Positions 9,339-21,203 of a stretch of DNA of 64,000 nt are shown here, in pieces. The notes under the pieces were generated by a model that had not been told where the DNA came from, searched no databases, and saw nothing but the letters and a program-made list of their open reading frames with translations. The stretch is from NCBI GenBank assembly GCA_015231175.1, contig JADGBZ010000010.1:15048-79047 (forward strand), given 5' to 3'. The translations under genes were made by a program, and so were the position numbers. The stretch comes from Magnetococcales bacterium (GTDB lineage Bacteria > Pseudomonadota > Magnetococcia > Magnetococcales > DC0425bin3). The stretch's first letter is position 1; each line of letters begins with the position of its first letter.

Positions 9339-10286
9339 TCAACCCTCCGACTTTTTCATAAAATTCCTGACTTGTTTCATAAACTCGGGAAGCATTCGCA
9401 AGCAATTGACTTCAACCATATTTTTCCGATGCTCCTTACCCCACCAACCCGACCAGGCGGCTCCGGGGGGAACATCGGTGGCGACCCCGGTGCTGGCACC
9501 GATCCGGGCGCCCGGGCCGATGGTGACGTGTGGGACAAGACCGGCTTGCCCAGCCAGGACGGCGCCGTCGCCAATCTGGCAGGAACCAGCGATGCCGACC
9601 TGGGAGATGATGATGACATGTCGGCCAATCTGGACGTTGTGGGCAATTTGGACCAGATTGTCGATACGGGTACCGGAGCCGATACGAGTCATGCCAAACC
9701 GCGCCCGGTCTATGGTAGTGGAGGCGCCGATATGCACATCGTCTTCAATCTCGACGGCGCCAAAATGGGGAATGCGCTCATGGCGACCGGCGACAAACTC
9801 AAACCCAAAGCCGTCGGAACCGATCACGGCATGGCTGTGGATGACACAACGAGCACCGACGCTACAGCGTGCGTGTATGACGACGCCGGCATGGATCACA
9901 CTGCCTTCGCCTATGGTCACATGGGGCCCAATGACAGCCAGGGGGCCAACAGCGACATCGGCACCCAAGGTGGCCGTCGGGTCAATGACGGCACTGGGGT
10001 GAACGCCGGCGAGAGTCAGCTCCGGGAGGCCAAACAGACGCCCGGTGCGGCCCAGGTCCATGGCCGGATGGGTGGTGACCAGACGTGGCTTGTCACTCGC
10101 TTCGGCCAACTCAGGTGGAAGGAGCAGGGCAGCGGCAGCCTGGGTCTGGGCCAGAAGATTTTTTTTGGTGACGTAAGTCAAATCCCCCGCCCCAGCACTT
10201 TCCACCGGAGCGACGCCGGTAATGGGTACGTCGGGCCCCAGCTGCTGCAAGGCAAGAGCGCTGGCGATGTCGGACAATTTCATCAC
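9339..10286 (-). CDS. lpxD: UDP-3-O-acylglucosamine N-acyltransferase LpxD
   Basis: Hexapeptide repeats, IGSDGFGF, TTIDRA, IDNLVQIAHNV. Confidence 0.92.
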   Translation of the reverse strand: MMKLSDIASALALQQLGPDVPITGVAPVESAGAGDLTYVTKKNLLAQTQAAAALLLPPELAEASDKPRLVTTHPAMDLGRTGRLFGLPELTLAGVHPSAVIDPTATLGADVAVGPLAVIGPHVTIGEGSVIHAGVVIHARCSVGARCVIHSHAVIGSDGFGFEFVAGRHERIPHFGAVEIEDDVHIGASTTIDRARFGMTRIGSGTRIDNLVQIAHNVQIGRHVIIISQVGIAGSCQIGDGAVLAGQAGLVPHVTIGPGARIGASTGVATDVPPGAAWSGWWGKEHRKNMVEVNCLRMLPEFMKQVRNFMKKSEG

Positions 10287-10295
10287 GGGAACTCC

Positions 10296-11456
10296 CTACA
10301 CGGCGCGACCGTGCTGTTTGGAGTGGATGCTCACGTGTGCCAGAAGCCCCATGGCCAGCATGATGGTCATCATCGAGCTGCCACCATAACTGACCAGCGG
10401 AAGAGGAATACCGACCACGGGCAAAAGACCAATGACCATGCCGATGTTGATGACAACCTGAAACAAAAACAGGGAAAGCAGCCCCGATGCCAACAGCAGA
10501 CCAAAACGATCCCGGGCCATGGCGGCGATGGTCAGGCCCCGCAGAGTGATCAGACCGTAGATGACGATCAGGGTCATGGCCCCCATGAAACCCCACTCCT
10601 CCGCCAGAACCGAAAAAATGAAGTCGGTATGGCGTTCCGGGAGAAAATCCAGATGACTTTGGCTGCCCCCCATGAAACCCTTGCCGGTCAAACCACCGGA
10701 ACCAACGGCAATCTTGGACTGGATGATGTGGTATCCGGCCCCCAAAGGATCGCCCTCCGGGAAGAAGAGAGTCAGGATACGGCGTTTCTGGTAATCGTGG
10801 AGCAGGTTCCAAAACAGAGGCGTGGAGGCGGGAATGATGATAAAAATGGCCAGGATTGCGTTCCAGGAGAGCCCGGCGACAAAGATGACAGCACCGCTGA
10901 TGACCGCCAACAGGACGGCGGTACCCAGGTCGGGTTGATGAACGATCAGGACCAGGGGCGCCAGGATAATGCCAAGAGGAATCAGGATATCCCGGAGCCG
11001 AAGCTTCGCCACGGATTGATCGTGAAAATAGCGGGCCAAGGCCAACACGATGGCCGCTTTCATCATTTCCGAGGGTTGCAGGCGCACAAAGCCGATCTCC
11101 AGCCAGCGGCGCGCCCCCATGCCAATATCCCCCATAACCGCCACGGCTGTCAGCATCAACAGGATCAGACCGTAAACAAGATAAGCATAACGCCGGTAGA
11201 CCTTTTCGTTGGCCATGGCCAGAACCACCATGAGGATCAACGTGAAACTGAAACGAATAACCTGGCTGATCAACATGTTGACATTATGCTTACCGACAGC
11301 GGATAACAACACGATGAAGCCGATACAGGCCGCCAAGGTGAGCAAAAGCATCAAACCCCAGGGAAACCGCACCAGACGCTCCCGAAGGCGCAGGGCGACA
11401 GCGTCTTCGGAGGAGAGAAAATTTTTGTTATCATTTGCCCGGGACATGAAGCTCAC
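10296..11456 (-). CDS. rodA: Rod shape-determining protein RodA
   Basis: GARRW, QPSE, QPDLGT, FLPERHTDFIF, SYGGSS. Confidence 0.95.
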   Translation of the reverse strand: MSFMSRANDNKNFLSSEDAVALRLRERLVRFPWGLMLLLTLAACIGFIVLLSAVGKHNVNMLISQVIRFSFTLILMVVLAMANEKVYRRYAYLVYGLILLMLTAVAVMGDIGMGARRWLEIGFVRLQPSEMMKAAIVLALARYFHDQSVAKLRLRDILIPLGIILAPLVLIVHQPDLGTAVLLAVISGAVIFVAGLSWNAILAIFIIIPASTPLFWNLLHDYQKRRILTLFFPEGDPLGAGYHIIQSKIAVGSGGLTGKGFMGGSQSHLDFLPERHTDFIFSVLAEEWGFMGAMTLIVIYGLITLRGLTIAAMARDRFGLLLASGLLSLFLFQVVINIGMVIGLLPVVGIPLPLVSYGGSSMMTIMLAMGLLAHVSIHSKQHGRAV

Positions 11457-13324
11457 GCCTCCACGCTGGTACGTTTGCGGGCAAAATAACGTTCGATGAT
11501 CTCCCGGGCGATGGGAGCGGCAGCAGATCCCCCATGACCCCCGTGCTCGATCACCACGGCAATGGCCATCTCTGGCGCTTCCACCGGGGCATAGGAGACG
11601 AAAAGGGCATGGTCCTGGAAACGGGGGTCGTTTGAGAGGATGGGCCGACCATTCTCATCCCGTTTTTGGCGCACGACCTGGGATGTGCCGGTTTTTCCTG
11701 CGGCCCGAACGCCTTTGGGGGCTGCCTGGCGCGCCGTTCCGTGAGATCCGTTGACAACCTCTTCCATACCAGTCCTGACCACGGCCAGGTGACGGGAATC
11801 GATGCGAATCCGGCGACGGACAATCGGAGTGAATGGATTGACCGGACGCACCAGGGTCGGTTGATGAAGAACACCACCGTTGGCGATGGTGGCCACCATG
11901 TTGGCCAACTGCAAAGGGGTCGCCATGACATACCCCTGACCAATAGCGGTGATCAGGGTCTCGCCGGGATACCAGGAGGCGTGATGATGCATGCGTTTCC
12001 ACTCCCTGGAGGGCATGATGCCCGAACGCTCACCCACCAGACGGATACCGGAAGACTCACCAAAACCGAATTTATGGGCATACCGTTCCAGGGCATCGAT
12101 GCCAATCTTGTCCGCCAACCTGTAAAAATAGACGTCGCAGGATTGGGCGATGGCCTGGACCATATCCATGGAACCATGTCCACCTCTTTTCCAGCAATGG
12201 AAACGGACCTTTTCCCGTTCGACGTGGCCACTGCAACCAACCCGGTCATGCGGCGAGATCCTGCCTTCGCTCAGGCCGGCCAGAGCCACGACCATCTTGA
12301 AGGTTGAACCGGGAGGGTATTGACCCTGGATGGCTTTGTTGGTCAGCGGACGTCCAGGATTGGTGATCAGAGAGCGCCATTGACCCGGACCAAAACCCTG
12401 GATAAACGCATTGGGATCATAAGCGGGGCGACTGACCATGGCCAGGACTTCGCCGGAACGCGGATCCAGGACAACGACGGATCCAAGCTTGTCTCCCATG
12501 GCCTCTTCCACATCCCTTTGCAGATCCATGTCCAAGGTCAGGTAAAGATCCTCACCCGGTACCGGAGAGGTGTGGCCCAGTTCGCGCACCTGACGGCCCA
12601 GGGCATTGACTTCCATTTCCCGGACCCCCTCCCGGCCACGCAGCACAGTTTCAAAACTGCGTTCAATGCCGGTCTTGCCGACCAGATCTCCAGAACGAAA
12701 GCGGATATCCTGTACATCGCGGTTGGAACCGGAGATGAATCCATCATCCGAACGTTGGGTCGTGGCAATGTCCTGTTTGTCTCTTTCGTTGATCTCCCCC
12801 AGATAGCCAAGGGCGTGCGAGGCCAGGCTGCCATAAGGGTAGTGCCTGCGGGATTGTATCTGGATGATGGCGCCGGGAAAGTGATGGTTGCGCACCTCGA
12901 TGCGGCTGACTTCAGTCCAGGTGAGATGCGATTTGATCTTGACCGGCAGAAACGAACGTTGTTTGCGCGCCTGCTTCAGGATACCTTCGATCTCCTTGTC
13001 GGTGATTTCGATGTAACGTCTCAGCCTCTTGAGGATCCTGGGCAGGTTTCCGGAAAGCTCGGGAATGATGGTCAAGCGGTAGTCGGGCCGGTTTTCCACC
13101 AGGATTTCGCCATTGCGATCAAAAATATGCCCACGTGGAGCAGGAACAGGTTGCAGGCTGATGCGGTTGTTCTCGGCGAGGTCACGATACTCCCCCCCCT
13201 TGAGCAACTGTAGATGGAAAAGGCGCACCCCCAGAATGGAGAAACAGACACTCCCCACGCCACCGATGATCAGAAGGCGACGGCGGGCATCAACCCGAAA
13301 AAGCTCATGATCGTCTTCGAGCAT
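11453..13324 (-). CDS. mrdA: Penicillin-binding protein 2
   Basis: PRGHIFDRNG, PGSTFK (SxxK), SCD, KTGTSQ. Confidence 0.95.
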   Translation of the reverse strand: MLEDDHELFRVDARRRLLIIGGVGSVCFSILGVRLFHLQLLKGGEYRDLAENNRISLQPVPAPRGHIFDRNGEILVENRPDYRLTIIPELSGNLPRILKRLRRYIEITDKEIEGILKQARKQRSFLPVKIKSHLTWTEVSRIEVRNHHFPGAIIQIQSRRHYPYGSLASHALGYLGEINERDKQDIATTQRSDDGFISGSNRDVQDIRFRSGDLVGKTGIERSFETVLRGREGVREMEVNALGRQVRELGHTSPVPGEDLYLTLDMDLQRDVEEAMGDKLGSVVVLDPRSGEVLAMVSRPAYDPNAFIQGFGPGQWRSLITNPGRPLTNKAIQGQYPPGSTFKMVVALAGLSEGRISPHDRVGCSGHVEREKVRFHCWKRGGHGSMDMVQAIAQSCDVYFYRLADKIGIDALERYAHKFGFGESSGIRLVGERSGIMPSREWKRMHHHASWYPGETLITAIGQGYVMATPLQLANMVATIANGGVLHQPTLVRPVNPFTPIVRRRIRIDSRHLAVVRTGMEEVVNGSHGTARQAAPKGVRAAGKTGTSQVVRQKRDENGRPILSNDPRFQDHALFVSYAPVEAPEMAIAVVIEHGGHGGSAAAPIAREIIERYFARKRTSVEA

Positions 13325-13819
13325 TCAGGTACTCTCCATCCATTGGCGGTGGACCCGGATCAGGACCGCCACCAAAGGGGCTGCTGCCAGCGCAGTGGCC
13401 AGGGAGCGATCAACCATGTGGAACCAGCATGCACCGGGGTACTGGAACAAGGACATCATACCCAATTGAAGAAGCTGCTCCAACAGGCTGATCACGCCCA
13501 GCACTGGAATCAGGAGTAAAAAATCGGTGGCGCGCAGGCGGTTGCCAAAACGACCCACCAGCAGAATGACCAAAATTTGGGTGATGGCCGAGAGTCCCAA
13601 AGGCAGGGTCGTCAGGGAGTCTACGGCCAAGCCACTGATGAACGCCAAACCTGAACCACACCTGTCCGGGCGGTACAAACGCCAATAGAACAGACAGATC
13701 AGCACCAGATTGGGACGAAAAAATTGCCAACCCGACCAGGGGAGCGCCAGCTCCTGCAAGGCAGTGGCCAGCAGAAGGGTCAACGCCGGGATCCAGGGAG
13801 CGAACAAGGCGCCGATCAC
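13325..13819 (-). CDS. mreD: Rod shape-determining protein MreD
   Basis: Hydrophobic 164 aa ORF between mreC and mrdA; RPNLVLICLFYW. Confidence 0.85.
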   Translation of the reverse strand: MIGALFAPWIPALTLLLATALQELALPWSGWQFFRPNLVLICLFYWRLYRPDRCGSGLAFISGLAVDSLTTLPLGLSAITQILVILLVGRFGNRLRATDFLLLIPVLGVISLLEQLLQLGMMSLFQYPGACWFHMVDRSLATALAAAPLVAVLIRVHRQWMEST

Positions 13820-14682
13820 GGTTCCGACCTTGGGGGAATTTGCTGGCGCGGATCGTTTTCAGGGTTCAGCAGAAGGGAGACCTCTTCGAGGCGATCAAAA
13901 TCCACCGCCGGCGCCAGGGTCACCTTTTGGAACAGACCCACTTCCTGCGGCGTGAAGCTCACCACCCGGCCCACAACCAAACCGCGGGGGAAGACACCGC
14001 CGATACCCGAGGTGATGACCAGATCCTGGAGCTGGACATCGGCGTCCTTGGCGACGAACTCCAGGTTGATGAGTTGATCGTTGGCGCCTGTGGCGATACC
14101 AGGAATGCGGTTGCGTTGAATACGCACCGGGGTGCGCGAATTGAGATCGAGCAAGGTAAGGACCACAGCGTAATATTCGCCGATTTCAACAATCTTTCCC
14201 ACCAGACCGTCGGCGGAAATGACGGGGGTATTGATCCTGACCCCATCCTTCTTGCCGGCGTTCAGAATCAGCGAGCGGGCAAAAGCGGATGAGGATGTCC
14301 CCACAACCCGACCCGATATCGTCATGTAGACCGGATCCAGGCGCATGTTCAACAAGGTGCGGAGGCGGCGATTCTCCTTGAGGAGTTCCTCTTTCTCGGC
14401 CATGTTGGTCTTGCGGCGCTCCAGATCCAGTCTGAGGGACGCATTCTCTTCGCGAACCTGCTCCAGGGTACTGAACCTGTCCCTGGAGGTCTCCAACGCT
14501 TCGATGGAGAGATGCACCACGCGCTGCACCGGCCCGACCAGGTCTAGCACCAGTTCCTGAACAGTGCGGAAGGCAATGGCGTGGGTGCGGACGGAGAGCA
14601 TGAGAAACACGGCCACCAGAAGAAATATGGTGGCAGCAATGGTGTGGCGATGCTCTCTGAGGAGATTGAACAAGGAGTCCAA
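13816..14682 (-). CDS. mreC: Rod shape-determining protein MreC
   Basis: N-terminal TM, coiled coil ENRRLRTLL, TSGIGGVFPRGL. Confidence 0.93.
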   Translation of the reverse strand: MDSLFNLLREHRHTIAATIFLLVAVFLMLSVRTHAIAFRTVQELVLDLVGPVQRVVHLSIEALETSRDRFSTLEQVREENASLRLDLERRKTNMAEKEELLKENRRLRTLLNMRLDPVYMTISGRVVGTSSSAFARSLILNAGKKDGVRINTPVISADGLVGKIVEIGEYYAVVLTLLDLNSRTPVRIQRNRIPGIATGANDQLINLEFVAKDADVQLQDLVITSGIGGVFPRGLVVGRVVSFTPQEVGLFQKVTLAPAVDFDRLEEVSLLLNPENDPRQQIPPRSEP

Positions 14683-14703
14683 CGATTGGGCTCCTGAAGT
14701 TGG

Positions 14704-15834
<1,131 letters not shown>

Positions 15835-15967
15835 TTATGTGCCAAGACCCCTTTCCCGAGTGGACCCCCCCTGATGCCGGATACGTTACCATGGTGACAT
15901 AACCCCAGCAAGGTGGCGAACCCCAACTGGAACAAGGAAATCATTTTCTCTTTCCCAAGGTGAGCGT

Positions 15968-18799
15968 GTGTCAAAATTTCGCAAGCGGACCATCGTCGAT
16001 CTGGAAGGGTTGGACCGTCAAATTTCCGAAATTTTGGATCGTGCCGGATCGGCAGCCGTCCTGGCTGTCAGCCGCAGCGCCTTGTTGGAGGTCTTTCGTC
16101 AACACTTGCAACAGGGGCGGGACCGGTTGCGTCAGAGCCACCAGGAGGGGGCCACGGGACTCTATATCGTGCGTGGGCACGCCTACCTGATGGATGCCCT
16201 GTTGCGACGTCTTTTCCTGCTGGTCCGGGCAGGCAGCGCGGAAACGATCACCGGTGTGACCACCAAAGAAACGCCAGGCCAGCCGCAACCTCTTTTGCAT
16301 CGTCTGGTGCAGCGCTTCAGGGAGCGAAAAAAAACCACCAGGCCCCTGGGACAATTCTGCCTGGTGGCGACAGGAGGCTACGGACGTGGAGAACTGGCCC
16401 CCTACTCCGACATCGATCTGCTCTTCCTGTTGCCAGAGGCGGAGCATGACCGGTTCAATGTGCAAGTGGAGTGGATGCTCTACTTTCTGTGGGATCTTCG
16501 TCTGGAGGTCGGACATGCGGTGCGCAACATCCAGGAGTGCATCGAACAGGCAAAACTGGAGTCGGAGATCCGCACCTCCCTTCTGGAATCGCGTTTCCTG
16601 GCGGGCAACAAACGGCTGTTTCAACGTTATCGCATCAGTCTGCTGGACAAAACCCTTCTGGAAGATGTGGAAGGGTTCCAGCGCGACAAGTTGGTCGAAC
16701 AACGGCAGCGCCATGAACGGTTCGGCAACTCCATGTTTTACCTGGAACCAAACATTAAAGAAAATCCGGGCGGCTTGCGGGATATCCACACCTTCCTCTG
16801 GATCTCGGAATACCGCTACCGGGTCAAACGCATCATGGATCTGGTCGGCAAAGGGATCATTACCGAAGAGGAGTACCTGACCTTCCAACGCTGCCGCGAG
16901 TTTTTGTTGCGGGTCCGCAACGCCCTGCACTACGGAGCCGGGCGCCGGGATGACCGGTTGACATTCCAGTGGCAATTGGAGATCGCCGCCTCGTTCGGTT
17001 ACCGGGATCGGCCCCACATGCGCGGGGTGGAGCAGTTCATGCGCCGGTATTACCAGGTTGCCAAACAGGTGGGCAACCTCACCTACGTTCTTCTGCAAAA
17101 ATACCAGGAGGAGCAACTGCAATCGGATGAGGACGAACAGGAGTTGCTTGAGGATGTCTTCCTTCTGATGGGAGACAAGGTGGCCGTGACCCATGCCGAG
17201 GCGTTCCAGGAAAATCCTGTCCGTTTGATGCGTCTGTTCGAGGTGGCGCAGCGCTACGTCAAAGGAATCCATCCGGAGACAATCCGCCTGGTGACGCGCA
17301 ATCTGGGCCTGGTGGGACGGGACTTTCGGCGCAATCCCGAGGTCAACCTGATTTTTTTAAACATGTTGAGCGGGCGCATGTCCGTTGCCTGGGTGTTGCG
17401 CATGATGAATCTCTGCCGCATGTTGGGCCGTTATCTGCCTGAATTTGGCCGCATCATCGGCCAGTCGCAGCATGACCTGTTCCACATTTTCACCGTGGAT
17501 GAACACACCATCCGGGCTGTGGAAAACCTGCGCCACATCAAGTCCGGCAAGCTTGTCGAGGATCAACCCCACTTCACCCAGATCATGCGCAAAATCCGCC
17601 ACCCGGTCGTTCTGCATCTGGGCGTCTTGTTTCACGACATCGCCAAGGGACGTGGGGGGCAGCACGAAAAGGCCGGGGCGGTCATCGCCCTGGATGTCTG
17701 CACCCGCCTGGGATTGCCGGAGTGGGAAACGCGACAGGTGGCCTGGCTGGTGGAAAATCATCTGATCTTCTCCCGCACGGCCTTCCGCCGCGATATCAAC
17801 GACCCACAAACGATCGTGCAGTTTGCTCGCATGGTGGGCAATCAAACCAATCTGGACCTGTTGCTCCTGCTCACGGTAGCCGATATCCGCGCCGTCGGTC
17901 CCGGGGTTTGGAATCAATGGAAGGCGAACCTCCTGTTGCGCCTGTACCACCTCGTGCTTGAGTTTTTGAACAAGGGGCTTTATCCCGCCGACGAGCTGGC
18001 GCGGCAGGCCAAGCAAAAGCGGGATTCCGCCATGGGCATTCTGACACCGGGCTACAGCGCCGCAACAGTCAACACCTATCTGGACCGTTTTTATTCAGAC
18101 TACTTTGTTGGCAACGAAGCCGAGGATATTGCAGACCATTTCACGGCCCTTGTCGAGCAGTTTCACCAGCCGCTGGCCGTGGCCTTTTTGCCCAATCCAA
18201 ACTCCGACACCACTTCACTGCTGGTACAAACCCAGGACCATGCCGGCCTTTTTGCGGAAATTTCCGGCGCCCTGGCGGCGGAGTCCGCCAACATCCTGGC
18301 AGCCAACGGCAACCTGACCCGCGACGGCATGGTGTTTGACATTTTTGTTCTGGAGGAGCCCAAAGGGGGAGCCATCCGCAACGAAGAAAAGTTGGCCCGT
18401 ATCGAAAAAACTCTGCGTGCCGTCTTGACCGGGCAGACACATCCAGATCAACTGTTGACCGGTTCCAGATTGACCATGCACAAGCATGAACTCTTCGATG
18501 TGCCCAGTACCGTCGAATGGGACAATGAGTTCTCCGATACCTCCACGGTCCTGGAGATCAACACCCTGGATCGTCTGGGATTGCTTTATGCCGTAACCCG
18601 TGAGATGGAACGCCAGGGGATTCAAATTGGCACTGCCAAGGTTTCCACCTACGGCGAGCGGGCCGTCGATGTCTTTTATCTCCGAGACATGTTTGGTTTC
18701 AAACTGACCGAAACAAAAATCCGCACCCTGACACTCAGCCTAAAGCAGATCATGGATACCTGGGGGCGGGAGAAAAAAAAAGGTGACGACCGGATATGA
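15968..18799 (+). CDS. glnD: [Protein-PII] uridylyltransferase GlnD
   Basis: GGYGRGELAPYSDIDL, EPNIKENPGGLRD, HD domain FHDIAKG, two ACT domains. Confidence 0.96.
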   Translation: MSKFRKRTIVDLEGLDRQISEILDRAGSAAVLAVSRSALLEVFRQHLQQGRDRLRQSHQEGATGLYIVRGHAYLMDALLRRLFLLVRAGSAETITGVTTKETPGQPQPLLHRLVQRFRERKKTTRPLGQFCLVATGGYGRGELAPYSDIDLLFLLPEAEHDRFNVQVEWMLYFLWDLRLEVGHAVRNIQECIEQAKLESEIRTSLLESRFLAGNKRLFQRYRISLLDKTLLEDVEGFQRDKLVEQRQRHERFGNSMFYLEPNIKENPGGLRDIHTFLWISEYRYRVKRIMDLVGKGIITEEEYLTFQRCREFLLRVRNALHYGAGRRDDRLTFQWQLEIAASFGYRDRPHMRGVEQFMRRYYQVAKQVGNLTYVLLQKYQEEQLQSDEDEQELLEDVFLLMGDKVAVTHAEAFQENPVRLMRLFEVAQRYVKGIHPETIRLVTRNLGLVGRDFRRNPEVNLIFLNMLSGRMSVAWVLRMMNLCRMLGRYLPEFGRIIGQSQHDLFHIFTVDEHTIRAVENLRHIKSGKLVEDQPHFTQIMRKIRHPVVLHLGVLFHDIAKGRGGQHEKAGAVIALDVCTRLGLPEWETRQVAWLVENHLIFSRTAFRRDINDPQTIVQFARMVGNQTNLDLLLLLTVADIRAVGPGVWNQWKANLLLRLYHLVLEFLNKGLYPADELARQAKQKRDSAMGILTPGYSAATVNTYLDRFYSDYFVGNEAEDIADHFTALVEQFHQPLAVAFLPNPNSDTTSLLVQTQDHAGLFAEISGALAAESANILAANGNLTRDGMVFDIFVLEEPKGGAIRNEEKLARIEKTLRAVLTGQTHPDQLLTGSRLTMHKHELFDVPSTVEWDNEFSDTSTVLEINTLDRLGLLYAVTREMERQGIQIGTAKVSTYGERAVDVFYLRDMFGFKLTETKIRTLTLSLKQIMDTWGREKKKGDDRI

Positions 18800-19515
18800 A
18801 GACCATCCATTCCCTGACCATCGTCATTCCCTGCTACAACGAATCCAAGACCCTGATCTCCCTCACCGAGCGGGTCTTGGCAGCCGATATTCTGGGGTTA
18901 AAACGGGAGGTCATCATTGTGGACGATGGTTCCCGGGATGACTCCCGGGCTTTGGCGCAAACACTGGCCCGGCAACATCCCGCAGAGATCCGGGTGATCT
19001 TCCATGAACGCAACCAGGGCAAGGGAGCGGCTCTGCGCACTGGTTTTCAGGCTGCAACAGGGGACGTTGTCCTGGTGCAGGATGCCGACCTGGAATACGA
19101 TCCGGTTGAATATGCCCGTTTGCTGCAACCCATCCTGGATGGTGCAGCTGACGTGGTGTTTGGTTCGCGTTTCCGAGGCGGCGAGGCCGGCAGGGTGCTC
19201 TATTTCTGGCACTCTGTGGGCAACCGTTTCCTGACCCTGCTTTCCAACGTATTCACCAACCTGAATCTGACGGACATGGAGACCTGTTTCAAGGTATTCC
19301 GCCGTGAAATCCTTGCCCAACTCCCCATCACCGAAAATCGTTTTGGTTTCGAGCCGGAGATTACGGCCAAGGTTGCCAGACTGGGCAGCGCGGTGCGCAT
19401 CTACGAGGTGGGCATCAGCTACCACGGACGTTCTTACGCCGATGGCAAAAAAATCACCTGGAAAGATGGACTTTGGGCCATCTACTGCATATTGCGCTAC
19501 AATCTGCGGCCATGA
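18796..19515 (+). CDS. GT2 glycosyltransferase (DPM-synthase-like)
   Basis: IPCYNE, VDDGS, QDADLEYDP, TDMETC; ATGA overlap with glnD. Confidence 0.9.
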   Translation: MKTIHSLTIVIPCYNESKTLISLTERVLAADILGLKREVIIVDDGSRDDSRALAQTLARQHPAEIRVIFHERNQGKGAALRTGFQAATGDVVLVQDADLEYDPVEYARLLQPILDGAADVVFGSRFRGGEAGRVLYFWHSVGNRFLTLLSNVFTNLNLTDMETCFKVFRREILAQLPITENRFGFEPEITAKVARLGSAVRIYEVGISYHGRSYADGKKITWKDGLWAIYCILRYNLRP

Positions 19516-19569
19516 TCATCCCTGTTCATGTTAGTCCCTGTTCAGCACTCTTTCATGGTGACTCATATC

Positions 19570-19738
19570 GTAACCATTCAGCATGCGACGTGGCCATGTA
19601 CCACCCGACAACGCATCGGGGTCCAGGGGGCTGGCTCCCTGGCAGGGCCTAAGACAGCGTCCTGGTGGGGTTCGGGGCGAAGCCCTGACAAGGGTTTTCA
19701 TATCCAATCTTCTCTTGAAAGAGTGCTGAACAGTTTAC
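19570..19738 (-). repeat. Type-A repeat, copy 2
   Basis: GTAACCATTCAGCA ... GGGGTCCAGGGGGCTGGCTCCCTGG ... GGGTTCGGGGCGAAGCCCTGAC ... GTGCTGAACAGTTTAC. Confidence 0.85.
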
Positions 19739-19756
19739 CTCATGTCAAATCTTTTC

Positions 19757-20635
19757 TCACACAGGCGCTGAACTGCAGCATTTCTGGTCACATTTTTCCA
19801 GCAGCACAAAGTACAACTTGCCGCCTCTCTTTTGTTCAAGCCGATTATTCTTATATTCGACGACTCTCCTCGCAAGAACATACGCTCTTCTCGCCAGGAA
19901 TCTTGTAGTCTCATGGCGCCACTCTGCCACAACAAGTCGGTACATGGCTGGAACAATGAGACCACATAAAAAATGGCAATAATAAGAAACGCGGCGCAAC
20001 CGAAAACCGTATCGACTGGCAACACTTACAACATAATCTGAATTCCAATAATGAAGATAGGAAACAACCGGCTTTTTTCCAAACAATCCTCTAATAAGAT
20101 TGTTTTGTTTTAACATAGTTACCACACCATTTGTGGGACTTTGCCCATCGAACAGGATAACATAACCGCCATTTTTTATCAGTTTTGACAGTTTATCAAA
20201 AAAATAACCGAGATCTTCCATATAATTTATAAACTGCATGGCAAGAACAAGATCAACCTGTTGATCTGTTGGGTAATGTTCATACGCCGTGCAGAAAAAA
20301 TCAATATTTTTGTAGCCGCCATTTATTTTTTTTTGGCGTGCAAGACCCAATGGGGCATCGGCAATATCGATGCCCAACGCATGGCCGATGATCCCGAGAT
20401 CGGAGAGCAGGAAGAGATTGTCGCCACTTCCGCACCCAATCTCCAGACAAGAGACCTGCCGGACATTCAGGTCGGCAAACACTTGGCGATAGAGCTTGGC
20501 ATACAACCGCCCTGTCCAGGCGAAGGACATGGGCTTTTCCCGGTAGAGAATCCTTGCGGGATGATCTTCCGCATTCCGGGAGTAATTCCACTGTTTGGCA
20601 ACGGAGCTGTTTTTGTCGCTCAGGGATTCTGGCAT
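19757..20635 (-). CDS. Class I SAM-dependent methyltransferase (AT-rich)
   Basis: LEIGCGSG, GIDI, LIKNGG; start uncertain (20635 or 20530). Confidence 0.75.
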   Translation of the reverse strand: MPESLSDKNSSVAKQWNYSRNAEDHPARILYREKPMSFAWTGRLYAKLYRQVFADLNVRQVSCLEIGCGSGDNLFLLSDLGIIGHALGIDIADAPLGLARQKKINGGYKNIDFFCTAYEHYPTDQQVDLVLAMQFINYMEDLGYFFDKLSKLIKNGGYVILFDGQSPTNGVVTMLKQNNLIRGLFGKKPVVSYLHYWNSDYVVSVASRYGFRLRRVSYYCHFLCGLIVPAMYRLVVAEWRHETTRFLARRAYVLARRVVEYKNNRLEQKRGGKLYFVLLEKCDQKCCSSAPV

Positions 20636-20757
20636 GCGGGATAGGGCCCAACGTTGGCGGGACACCAGACAAAAACAAGACAACGGAACCGGTGACCCGG
20701 CTCCGCCGTCCTGGAATGGAACAGCCTGAAAGGCTTTTCCCTGGAATTTCCGTCTGA

Positions 20758-21057
20758 CTACTTCTTCAGACGGTGCTTGAACATGCGAGACTCTTTCTCT
20801 TTGGCCTGGCGCGCTCTCTCTTCAGCGGCAGCGGCTTCCTGACGGGCCTGCTCAGCAGCGCGGCGGGCCTCTTCGGCGCGGGCCAGATCCTCTTTTGCAG
20901 ACTGACGCGCCTTCTCGGCGGCGATGCGCTCCTGCTCCGCCTTTTTGAGATCTGCGGCCTGGGTGTCCGGCTGTTTGCTGGCGCAACCACCGAGCGTCAT
21001 GCCCCCGATCAGCCCTGCCACCATCAGCATCACAGGAATAGATTTGGATTTGATCAT
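20758..21057 (-). CDS. Small alanine-zipper lipoprotein (OprI/Lpp-like)
   Basis: Lipobox LGGC, Ala/Glu/Arg coiled coil, C-terminal RMFKHRLKK. Confidence 0.7.
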   Translation of the reverse strand: MIKSKSIPVMLMVAGLIGGMTLGGCASKQPDTQAADLKKAEQERIAAEKARQSAKEDLARAEEARRAAEQARQEAAAAEERARQAKEKESRMFKHRLKK

Positions 21058-21203
21058 GTTCTTCCCTCTCTATGGGTATTTTTCCGACTTCACTGTTATG
21101 GAAACTGTACGACTGCCCGCGAAAATCCCCCCACCATATAACTGATCCGGTACAATTATCAATCCAAAAATGCAACCCGGGGCGGTGCGGGTGGGTGGTT
21201 TTT

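Noticed and set aside
9327-11306. 659 aa + strand ORF and similar long antisense ORFs (e.g. 15971-17272, 37996-39201, 55752-56987)
   Set aside because: Shadow frames opposite well-supported genes in GC-rich DNA; no recognisable motifs.
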